A DNA stretch of 64,000 nucleotides, from contig JBHGNT010000018.1 in the NCBI GenBank assembly GCA_043228905.1, positions 5,456,001 through 5,520,000 on the forward strand, in the 5' to 3' direction. Positions 34,125-43,699 of the stretch are shown in pieces. Origin of the DNA: Azolla caroliniana. Taxonomy: Eukaryota; Plantae; Polypodiophyta. The notes under the pieces are model-generated. The model was given only the letters and a program-made list of their open reading frames with translations. It was not told the DNA's origin and made no database searches. Numbering within the stretch: position 1 is the first letter of the stretch; each line of letters begins with the position of its first letter. The position numbers and the translations under genes are program-made.

Positions 34125-36692
34125 ATGGCTCCCCTGTTTCTTCCTCTTCTTCTTCTTCTTCCTCTGCTCCTTTCTAGCTTCCATGGAGCCTTGGCTGCAA
34201 CACCATTGTATCAGGCTGGCAATGCCCATTTCTCAACTCAGAATAATTCTTCCTCCGATTCTTCTTCCGCCTTCTGGCTCTCGGATGGCGGAACCCTCAC
34301 ATTCGGCTTCAAGTCCCTCGGCCCCAATCAATACCTCCTCTGCATTTGGGTGACTGCCGATACTAACCGAACTCCGCTATGGTGGCCTTCCATCACTACC
34401 CCTAGTCTCACACAAGGAGCCACTCTCTCCTTCACGAGGAATGGAAACCTCGAGCTAATTGACGCAAACCAATCCATGATTTGGAGTACATCTACCTCCA
34501 ACGCTTCCTTTGCAAAACTTCAAAATACGGGGAACCTTCAGCTTTTCGATAACACCATGGAGAATTTGCAATGGCAGAGCTTCTCGGACCTCCGAGACAC
34601 TCTGGTAGTGAGGCCAAGGGAAGACACTTCCATTAGTTCATTATTTTCTATAGTAGTTGATAAGTCTTATCTATTGCGATCTCGGCCAAACGATAGCTCC
34701 TATGGTCCCCCCGGAAGGTTCCATCTTCAGACCAATGTGTACTCGGTAGCTTATCTACGTGCATTGGATGTTGTTTATAATGTGGATTTCATCTACGTAT
34801 ATGCATATATCAATGCGAGCCAAGGTGTTTTCGAGCTTAGCCGAGATGGAGGGAAGACATATCGAGACAATTCATCCATGCCCATGAGCATGCTTCGATT
34901 AGATCCCGACGGAAATCTGAGGATCTACGCTTGGAATGCTTCGCATTCTACATGGCTCGAGGTATGGCAATTCCTCGACACCAAATGCCTCTTGGGAAGC
35001 CCTTGTGGGGCTTATGGCATATGCAAAGAAGACACAAATGGATCTCTGAACTGCACTTGTCCGGTCGGTTATGAACCTGTGGATACTCAGCTTGTCTCCC
35101 GCGGGTGCTATAATAGCTTCAACTTGAGCAGTTTCTGTGGATCGGGTGCTCAGAATGGATCGTTATCCATGGTCGAGAACGAGCATAGCGATTATGATTA
35201 CAATGACTTAAGCAGCAAAGTCGTTAACTATATAGAGGATTGCAAGAAACTATGCCTGGATGATTGTGATTGCATTGCAGCATCTTATAGGCTGGGTGAT
35301 AAATCATGCTTCCTGAAGGGTAATCAAACCACAGGGCTAATCATGAATGGCTACTACACAGATGGCAATACTCTACTCATGAAATTGTTAGTGCGCTCTC
35401 CTACTAAAGGAGAAGGGGTGAAGAAAGGGGTAGTTATAGGGGCAATTGTGGCGGCTTTTATCGTAGTAGTGTTGTTAGTTGTCGGTGCCACCATGATTTG
35501 GTGGTCATGGAGAACAGGAGGCCATATCTGTGGACTGATTAGAAGAAGGCATGAGTGTGTCAGGGTGATTGGAGATGGTGGAGCCATTAAGTTCACATAC
35601 CATCAGTTGGTAGTGGCAACTCAGAATTTCAGTGAATTGTTGGGTGAAGGTGGGTATGGGAGAGTATACAAAGGCAGAATCATAGTGGTAATGGAGAATG
35701 AGAAAAAGGCAACAGAAAAGCAGGTCCCTGTTGCTGTGAAGGTGCTTAAAGACACCATGGGAGCAAGCCATGGAGAAGCTGAGAGGCAATTCAGAGCAGA
35801 AGTGAGCACTCTTGGCAAGATCCATCATGTAAATCTAGTCGATCTCGTGGGCTACTACATCGGAGGAAGGAGATCTCAAAGGAAGAGGATCTTGGTATAT
35901 GAATACATCGAAAATGGTTCATTAGCCAGGTTCCTGTCCGGAGAGCCGAAGCCTCTCCCATGGGCGGTTCGATACTCCATAGCTGTAGGAACGGCCCGAG
36001 GCATTGCATACCTGCACCATGACTGCAGGCCACACATATTGCACTGTGACATTAAGCCCGAGAATGTGCTCTTAGACCATGAGTTCACAGCCAAAGTGGC
36101 CGACTTCGGATTGGCGAGGCGGTTAGAAGGGGTGAAGAGCAATCTATACATGTCGAGCGCGCGAGGGACAAGGGGCTACATGGCACCCGAATGGTTGAAG
36201 ACCGTGGAGATCACATCGAAAGCCGATGTCTACAGTTATGGAATCATGCTGCTTAGGCTTGTGAAGGGTTTCCAAAAGAGAGAAAACGATGATGAATCCC
36301 TTGTGGATTGGGCTTACCGGTTCATCTCGTTGGCCGAAGAACGGGACCATGAGGTGGAGTCGAGCATTTCGAATGGAGGAGAAGATTCTATCGACATCCC
36401 CCGTATCGGAGAAGATGAATTGGTAGCCGATAGTTATGGATCGGATCGGCTCGGGGAGAGTCTCGAGAAGACGCGGGTGCTGAAGATCGGGCTCTGGAGT
36501 ATCCAATATCAGCCTGAATTGCGACCATCCATGTTACGGATTGTTCAGCTCTTGGAAGGAAATGGTGACGACGTAGGGATCCCTCCATATCCCGCCCCGA
36601 CTGCGGTCTTAGTCGGCTATCAAAGCAGTAGCGCCTCGACAAATATAGCTTCCTACACGGAGAACTCCGATGTGGGTTTCTCTGCAAGGTAG
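34125..36692 (+). CDS. G-type lectin S-receptor-like Ser/Thr kinase (SD-2-like, non-RD), intronless, 855 aa
   Basis: Signal peptide, B-lectin (GNLELID..IWST, LQNTGNL, WQSF), S-locus segment LRLDPDGNLRIY, EGF-like C..CGAYGIC..C.C..G, PAN CKKLCLDDCDC, TM, kinase GEGGYG, VAVK, HCDIKPEN, DFG, GTRGYMAPE. Confidence 0.95.
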   Translation: MAPLFLPLLLLLPLLLSSFHGALAATPLYQAGNAHFSTQNNSSSDSSSAFWLSDGGTLTFGFKSLGPNQYLLCIWVTADTNRTPLWWPSITTPSLTQGATLSFTRNGNLELIDANQSMIWSTSTSNASFAKLQNTGNLQLFDNTMENLQWQSFSDLRDTLVVRPREDTSISSLFSIVVDKSYLLRSRPNDSSYGPPGRFHLQTNVYSVAYLRALDVVYNVDFIYVYAYINASQGVFELSRDGGKTYRDNSSMPMSMLRLDPDGNLRIYAWNASHSTWLEVWQFLDTKCLLGSPCGAYGICKEDTNGSLNCTCPVGYEPVDTQLVSRGCYNSFNLSSFCGSGAQNGSLSMVENEHSDYDYNDLSSKVVNYIEDCKKLCLDDCDCIAASYRLGDKSCFLKGNQTTGLIMNGYYTDGNTLLMKLLVRSPTKGEGVKKGVVIGAIVAAFIVVVLLVVGATMIWWSWRTGGHICGLIRRRHECVRVIGDGGAIKFTYHQLVVATQNFSELLGEGGYGRVYKGRIIVVMENEKKATEKQVPVAVKVLKDTMGASHGEAERQFRAEVSTLGKIHHVNLVDLVGYYIGGRRSQRKRILVYEYIENGSLARFLSGEPKPLPWAVRYSIAVGTARGIAYLHHDCRPHILHCDIKPENVLLDHEFTAKVADFGLARRLEGVKSNLYMSSARGTRGYMAPEWLKTVEITSKADVYSYGIMLLRLVKGFQKRENDDESLVDWAYRFISLAEERDHEVESSISNGGEDSIDIPRIGEDELVADSYGSDRLGESLEKTRVLKIGLWSIQYQPELRPSMLRIVQLLEGNGDDVGIPPYPAPTAVLVGYQSSSASTNIASYTENSDVGFSAR

Positions 36693-37219
36693 GTAGCTAC
36701 CTACTAGCTAGGTTTAGCTTCATCAGGCACTGATGTGATGAGCTGAAGAGAAGCAAATGCACATCCATTGCTTGTGTGTTTTGTAATAGTAGACAAGAAA
36801 CCCTTTTTTGTATGTTATTTTCTGTGTGTGTACGATAGACTTTGCTTTGCATTGGAATATGTTGCCTCTTGACTTCTGGTATAAAAGGAAAATAAGGGAA
36901 TTGTAGAGTGCACAGTTTTTGAGCAATCTAGACCATGGAAGGTTTGAAAATTGATCCAAGACGAAGAAACTAAAAAATTGATACCATTCTGGTCAGGGGT
37001 TCGGTCCGAGAGTCTCAAACTCGAACCGAACCACGAATCCCTTAAACCAAAACCATTTAAACCGAAACTGTTCAAACCCAACCAAACGGTCCAAGAGTTT
37101 TATAAAAAACTGCCTCTCATAAAAGAGAAACACCCTTTGTCACAAGGGATGGGTTACAACCCTAATGCCACAGCAAGCTATGGCAACATAACATTGGGTG
37201 ATATAGCAACCTAGCAATT

Positions 37220-37550
37220 GTGGCATGCATAAACACAAATTCACATACAAAAATCATTTTGTTGACATGCAGACGCACATTTACACATGAATGCAAACAC
37301 ATTTGAGCACACACATCAAGTAAAATGCAAATACAAATACACATACACATACAGATCGTTTCACTCACATACATTTTGCACGTAAGCACAAATATTCATA
37401 TATACTTGAGCACACGCATACATATACATGTAAAATACACATAAAAATACACCAACCCTTTCATGAAGGCATGTAAACAGAACAAGAGCACTTACAAATT
37501 TACACATGAACAAATAACTCAAATCAAACACATACATGTTACATTGCGCT
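37220..37550. repeat. CA/TA-rich low-complexity tract
   Basis: Degenerate acacat/acatac units. Confidence 0.7.
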
Positions 37551-37862
37551 AGATCAAATTTGTGATTTTTCACACCACAACAAAAAGTCAGTAAGACGAT
37601 TAACTCGTTTCTGTGCAATCAAGTGTAGAAGTGAAGCTCAATATTCGGCGCATGTTTATAAGAGGTCACGATTGATCCAAAACAAAAAAAAAGCTTAAAT
37701 CAAAGAAGAATAAGGTGCACCCTCTTATTTGCACAAAATCCTACAACACTTCATTGATAACCAGTCCTCTCAAGTTGAGGTCCTTGGTGGTTCCACTCAA
37801 CTTTTCACATGCACATACCAATTCGAGGGGCAACAACTCCTTCCTAGTCACCATGCCAATTC

Positions 37863-37970
37863 AATTGTGGCCTTGCTGACCTTATTGAAGTTGATACATA
37901 TGTTGATCATATCATTTTTCTTGGGGACAACCTCAATAGGTGATACCCATATAATCTTAGCTTTTTGCAT
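37863..37970 (-). pseudogene. Small Ty3/Gypsy RT N-terminal relic
   Basis: MQKAKIIWVSPIEVVPKKNDMINICINFNKVSKATI resembles WVSP.VVVPKK.G..R.C.DFRK.N.AT. Confidence 0.7.
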
Positions 37971-39857
37971 CTTATTGACATCATTTCACACTTACACTTA
38001 AAGAGGTTTCATTAGTCTAGATCTTTGCTTAATGGTATTTTCAAAATAAAATATATGGGTGTATGTGTATGCTTATACAAAGAGATTGATGAAAACATAG
38101 GCATCGTCTCAATGGATGATGTTGACTAAGATGATTCCTCAATTATGAGCAAATGCTTTAAGTTCATGGAAACCTTAATGATTGAAGTCCTAGATATGAA
38201 CTTAGAGCCTAGTTCACATGTTGGAAAAAGTGATACTCGCAAATGAACAAAAGAGATAGAGAAGAATTGCAATCCTACTTTGACAACATAGAAATGGATT
38301 GATTCCACAATCAAGAATTCAAAGAGTGAAGTATTGTAAAACGAATTATGTGTTGCCAAATAGAGTGAGCGAAAAGAGACCTTAAAGCATGGAAATTGTC
38401 TCACATAGAAATTGAAGAAACATTAGAAGATAGGAATCTTCATGCACAAAACCTGACATCTTTGATAAAAACATTTAAAGAAAATGGTTTTGATACAATG
38501 ACTATTTCCAATTTACCATGCAACTAGCATTGAATGCTTCCATATTAAAATTCATGACAATTTGTTTGTCTTTTCCTTATGTATGATTTTCAAATATTTT
38601 GTCTACTAAGCTACATATTCAAATAAGTCCATGCATACTAGGTGCAAGTGTGTTTCAACTCAAACTTGATTGAATCATGAGCTAGTGGACGTGGTGAATA
38701 TCACCTGATATGTGCTAAATAACAATTTAGAAGAACAAATGTATGTATCAATTGTGCATTTCAAAATTGTCTTCAATAGCACTCCACTATGAGTATCGAA
38801 GTTACCTCTTCATTAGTGTAAGTGTTTAAGCTACCTAGCACTATGTGGTTACATGTGTATTTGAGTAAGTGTGGTTGATGTATGTCACCGTGCTTGTAAC
38901 AAAGGGTCTAGTTTTGTTTGTACCAAGTTTCCTACATTTAGTATTATTGTTAGTTTAAATATAAGACAAATACGCTAGAGTTATGTTTTTTATTTGGTGA
39001 TACTTTGGAACTAAGTCGTTTTAGCATTAGTTCATTTTGCATTAAGGTACATACCTTATCAATTTAGTACTAATTTTGTCCACGTACTATGTTTATTTAG
39101 AGTTCATACGATTTGGTATTAGGTATATTTCATACTAAGGGAACTTGGCACTATGTTAATTTGGTATCAGGCCCATTTAGTACTAACTTGGTTTTGTATT
39201 AAGTTGTTTTGGTACGGAATTCATTGTGTATAGAGGTATTCAACTGTTGAAGGTATGTTTTCTATCTTCATTTTACATTTCATGAGTGTGTGAGCTTGCA
39301 ATGTAACTTTGTGTGTTATTTTAAGCTTTAAAAGATTTCCAAAGGCTTATGAATAAGTATAATGCAACACAAACATTATATAGAAAGGGGAAAAAGCATA
39401 TATTTGAAGATGGGTTCGTATTCTCACATAATGATGATGATGATAAGGAGAACTCCTAACCATTAATAAAGAGACCTCACCTACCCAACATTAAGACATT
39501 AACACTATTCCAATCACCCGTGAAAACTCTAAAACCATTCCAAGTGTAACCTCTACATCTACGCAGATGATGAAGTAACACTAGATAGAATGCTCCCTCC
39601 TAGTACTATGATGAGGAAGAGTTTTAGCCATGTGATTAATGTAGCAAAATCTTTGTATATAACCTAATCTAGTCTGAAGTAAAAGAATATGAAATTTTTA
39701 TAGGAATGAAAGTTTCTTCAATCGTGTATCTCAGATTTTTGTTCAATAATCTCTTTCACATTTACATATACGAACATGTATGTAGACGCACATATATAAG
39801 TAAACACATTTTTGGAAGAGGAAGTAAGGAGGTGAAGATTAAGATAATGATAGAGAA

Positions 39858-39910
39858 TAGCTCAAATGGTAAAACCACTTGAACAATTAGGTCAAAGGTT
39901 TGAACCTCGT
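39858..39910 (+). other. tRNA-like A/B-box relic (possible SINE head)
   Basis: TAGCTCAAATGGTAA followed by GGTTTGAACCTC; no cloverleaf. Confidence 0.4.
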
Positions 39911-40234
39911 TAAGGCAATGGAGGGAAAAAGATGAGATCAATGCACAACAACAACGATGAAGCGAGTGATAGATACAAACAATTCAATGTACATTTGGTC
40001 AAAGTCACGTTCCTATGCAAGTATAAGATCAAGTACATGCTAAAAGAAAACGCGATGACGCACACTAAAAGAGGGTACAATAATTTTTATCTGATAAAGT
40101 GGAGGGGGGATTTTATGATCCCTAAATACCTCTAATGTTTCCATGGCATGTGTAGCTTGATATGAAGAAACCTCATAAGGAACTACTTTTCGATTTTTTT
40201 TTAACTCTTTCCGGGTTGAGTTAGGGATGGTGTT

Positions 40235-40402
40235 GCACCAATGTTACCAATGTTTCAAAGGTGCATTTCTTAAGAACTATTTCTCCACTATTGCATGTGT
40301 TCTCAAATGCATAGTTAACCTTATTTTCCACTTCTAAGTGAACTTGCTCATTCCATCTATGATTGGAGGGAACCTCAAGGCCAAGCTATTTGAAGCTTTC
40401 CA
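40235..40402 (-). mobile_element. LINE RT C-terminal relic
   Basis: ESFK*LGLEVPSNHRWNE..YAFENTCNSGEI..LKK..FETLVT matches the non-LTR SFKYLG region. Confidence 0.65.
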
Positions 40403-40464
40403 GATATTAAGTGGCTCATATATATCTTGCTTGCAAATACAATAAAAGTTTCTTCATTTACAAT

Positions 40465-40650
40465 AAATACCCGTACTTTATAGCCTAATCTTATAGCATA
40501 TTTTAACTCTTCTATAAAGTGGACACCTGTAAATGTCTCTAAGAAAATTTGTTCTCTTGGTAAGATCTTTGAAGGTTAGTTGTGGTACTTTAAATGTATG
40601 AAGGCATTTCTTCTATAAAGTAGCCAAATTGATGCTCCATATCATCGCCT
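40465..40650 (-). pseudogene. Fragment of protein-primed DNA polymerase B (mitochondrial linear-plasmid type)
   Basis: Frameshifted DDMEHQFGYF / CLHTFKVPQLTFKD / IFLETFTGVHFIEELKYAIRLGYKV matches FG.F..CP....P.LP.KD..LIFP.G.F.GVYFSEELKYA..LGY. Confidence 0.7.
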
Positions 40651-41149
40651 CACAAGTCTCTAGTTTGGTTCCCCCCTTTAGCACAGTTTTTTTTATTGGT
40701 TACGTGTATAATGAATGCATTCATCTCATTGTAATTCCATACTATACAACTTGTATTGATCAATCCATTCATCAATCTTACTTGTCAAATAAATGATGCT
40801 TGGTTACCATCAACATGTCTAATACATATGGTGTATCCTTACTTTGCATCCTATTCAAATAATCGTCATTTTTTAGGTGACATTAAATTAATCTAGATGT
40901 CACAAAGTTATGCATGTGTCTGTGTTGTTGAGGAGATCACCAGGGACTTGACTAAGAAGAAGGTCCATCACTAAAGAGTCGTGAGAGTTGACTGTTATGA
41001 AGGTACCACTTCAAGTTGGGTTTGGTGAGCCAATCCATGGGTTTGTGTGCACTTGCACCACGTGGTATTAGAGTGATTCTATATAAGGGTATGAACATAT
41101 GGGGAAATACTGATGTAGGTATGACAAGGTAATTTACTTATGCTCGAAT

Positions 41150-41716
41150 GAGTTTTGTGTATTCGTGTGTGTATTTGATGAAGGTGTGATTGTTTATGGG
41201 AGAGTATATATATCTAGAATATACGTAAATATAAAACTATGGGTGCAATATGTTTAGTTCCTTCTTTGATTGTGTAAAGTATATATGTGTACTTTTATGT
41301 GAATCGGTATTATATGTATCTATGTATATGAATGTGTGTTTGAATGTGTCTTCACATAGTATGTATTTGAATATGTGTATGGGAATATATGTATATTTAT
41401 ATGTATGTATGCAATTATAAATGAGTAGGGGTATGCATACGTTAATGGATAGGAATATATTCAAGTGAATTTGTATATATATGTTATGTATATCTTCATG
41501 TGTTGAAGTATGTGAAGGCATATGTGTGAGTTTTATATGTGTATGTGTTGTATAAAAGCATGAATGTACATGTATGTATGTACACTTATGCAATGTGTGT
41601 GGATATATATAATTGTGTATGTGCATATATGTATGTGTGAGTGTCTTAAATATGTGTAAAGATGATTGGTATAACCATACATATAATATTTGTCTTATGT
41701 GAGGGTATATATGTAA
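41150..41716. repeat. TG/TA-rich low-complexity tract (Pack-MULE insertion site)
   Basis: Degenerate tatgtg/atgtat units. Confidence 0.75.
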
Positions 41717-41911
41717 GGGAAAAGTACCAGGGTACCCCTGGAAGTTCATCTATTTACCAAAATGCCCCTAGAAGTTCCAAATTTACCAAACTACCCCTAT
41801 GTCCAAAAAAATACACTGAAATCTACAAGCTCTATTTACCATAATACCCTTCAAACACAATTTTTCTTTTACTTAAAGGGATTCTTCGAAGGGTATCCTG
41901 GTACTTATTCC
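41717..41911 (+). repeat. Pack-MULE left TIR
   Basis: Reverse complement of 55500-55708; repeated TACCAnnnTACCCyT-type motifs. Confidence 0.9.
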
Positions 41912-42119
41912 TTCGGCTGTAGCAGCTCCCACATATTGGGAAGAAGCTTTCCATTTCCACATCATTCATAATACTCATAATAACACTAACTCTACCTCGT
42001 CTTCAGCTTGCTCTTCTCCTCATGATATCAGGAAATATAATCAACCTTTAATCCACGTGAGTAACAACAATATAGACAATCTGGCAACTTTAATGGAAGC
42101 TTGAGTGTGAACTGTGCTG

Positions 42120-42660
42120 CCATTGCACCGCCTCTGCCACCACCAATGGTCCCCCCACATCAGTAGTGATGTGAGCAAAGCCGCCGCATGGCAATGGCTC
42201 CATGGCCGCCACCATTCTAACCCTTCCCCCGTTGCTTCCTCTGCCCACCAGCACTAGCACCATCATCATCTGAATCATGCTTACGCCCACCCTGCACATC
42301 TTCATCTCCTCCAATCGTCGCTGCCTAATGTTATGCTTAATCCCACCAGCCTTAACAACCCTGCCATCGATCAAATTCCGACTGATGAGGATGTGATCAG
42401 GCCGCCCTAGACCTTCAAGGCTATCAACATCAGCAGTACGATCGACGATTCCTGCTTCAAATATGAAGCCATGGATCGAATGATCAGTAACACTACTAAG
42501 GTGCCGCCCCTAACTCAAAATCCTGCCAATCTCCGCCAAATTGAAGCTACAATTATTGATCAGGAAATCCCTCCCCGCGATTAGTGTCATCGCTTTTCGA
42601 TGAGTTGGACCTCTGCAGCCTCAAAGCTCGCATGGTGGAGGCGGATCTCCCTCGCCCATG
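42120..42660 (+). pseudogene. Captured fragment of an uncharacterised plant gene
   Basis: DVSKAAAWQWLHG..His-rich..SCFKYEAM..SSLFDELDL resembles a recalled family motif trio KAAAWAWY / SRYKLEA / SLxDxYE; contains stops. Confidence 0.5.
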
Positions 42661-42878
42661 CCCGCTGCCACTTGTATGTCTCGCCGCCTCTCGTGATCCC
42701 ATTCACAAACTGCCTGATACTCCTAATGTGGCATCGACTGACGTCATCCAAAAGATTCTTCGCCATTTCGCCACCCCATTCAAATCAAGTCCAAGGCCAG
42801 GTCCTACAGGATCGAATTGTAATCCATGATCACAGAATTGATTAGGGCTGCCCTGATCTGCAGGGCGACGAAGATGTC

Positions 42879-43223
42879 TTGGTAGTAATAGTTGTTCTCC
42901 TCCCCATCTCCATCGCCATCCCCACACTTCCCTCTCTTCTCTGACGTTCCTTTCTTCTTCTCCCCCTGAATTTGATGGCGATGAGACCGTATCAAGTAAC
43001 AACCTGCGGTGAGGCACAACATTGCAGCTGCTACCCCTCCTGAAGCTATCAGAACTATGGCGAGCTTGCTCAAGTGGGCTTGCCTCTGCTTCTTCGCCTC
43101 CTTTGCTTCCATCGCTGGGATTACAGAGGGAGCAGAAGGAGAAGAAGGAACCATAACTGAAGATGATGAGTTGCTGCTGCATTGTGCTGTCGTTCCTTGC
43201 AATGGCGTCCCACACAAGTCTAC
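42879..43223 (-). pseudogene. Captured LRR receptor-like kinase fragment (C-cap, juxtamembrane, TM), 3' part
   Basis: [9 protein letters not shown]..S/P-rich..[21 protein letters not shown]..basic; joins 55015-55086 in frame after removing the chromovirus. Confidence 0.85.
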
Positions 43224-43680
43224 TGTAAGAGACATGTACTAATGTTAGCATTAGATAAGGATAGAATATAGATAGATAGATAGAAAGGAGAGAGAGAAAG
43301 AAGGGTGCCGATCCACCTGACCACCCCCGAGTGAAGAGATCGAGATGGACTAGAGCCTCGATCGGCATCCCATACCACCGTCGTGGCGTCGAGTCGTACC
43401 AGGTGCTGGCGCGCTCGCTACAAGAGTTGACCCACCACAAGACTGAGTCTCGACGTAGTCAACAAGATGATCAAATGAGGGTAGCTAGGCCTCTTATTTA
43501 CAGTGATACCCAAGGCCCCTAGCCATGTTCACACTTGGCCTAATGGGTTGTCTCAATCCCTATGATTAAAATTAATCCTCCCTTTCTTTACACTTTCGTT
43601 TAACCTTCACACTTATCCACGTGTATAGAATAGTTCGGTAAATTCTGACCACAGGATATTATATGGTCATGCTCGTAACA
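43224..43680 (-). repeat. Chromovirus 3' LTR (457 bp)
   Basis: TGTAAG...GTAACA on +; last ~135 bp match 54875-55009. Confidence 0.85.
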
Positions 43681-43699
43681 TACTCCCCCTCTTTAGAAC

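Noticed and set aside
36995-37092. MITE from aaccg/ggttcggt repeats
   Set aside because: No clear paired termini or TSD could be read
39858-39910. Functional tRNA gene
   Set aside because: Only box-like motifs; no acceptor or anticodon stems
41237-41749. 170-aa His/Ile/Tyr/Thr-rich ORF
   Set aside because: Product of low-complexity TG/TA repeats
43222-43320. Intron with branch point gctaac and acceptor ttacag before DLCG on the minus strand
   Set aside because: The cttaca is the chromovirus LTR terminus; TSD TCTAC and the in-frame join to 55015 explain the junction
42703-43440. 245-aa and 143-aa minus-strand ORFs as intact genes
   Set aside because: They start inside the LTR and run into captured fragments, so they are chimeric
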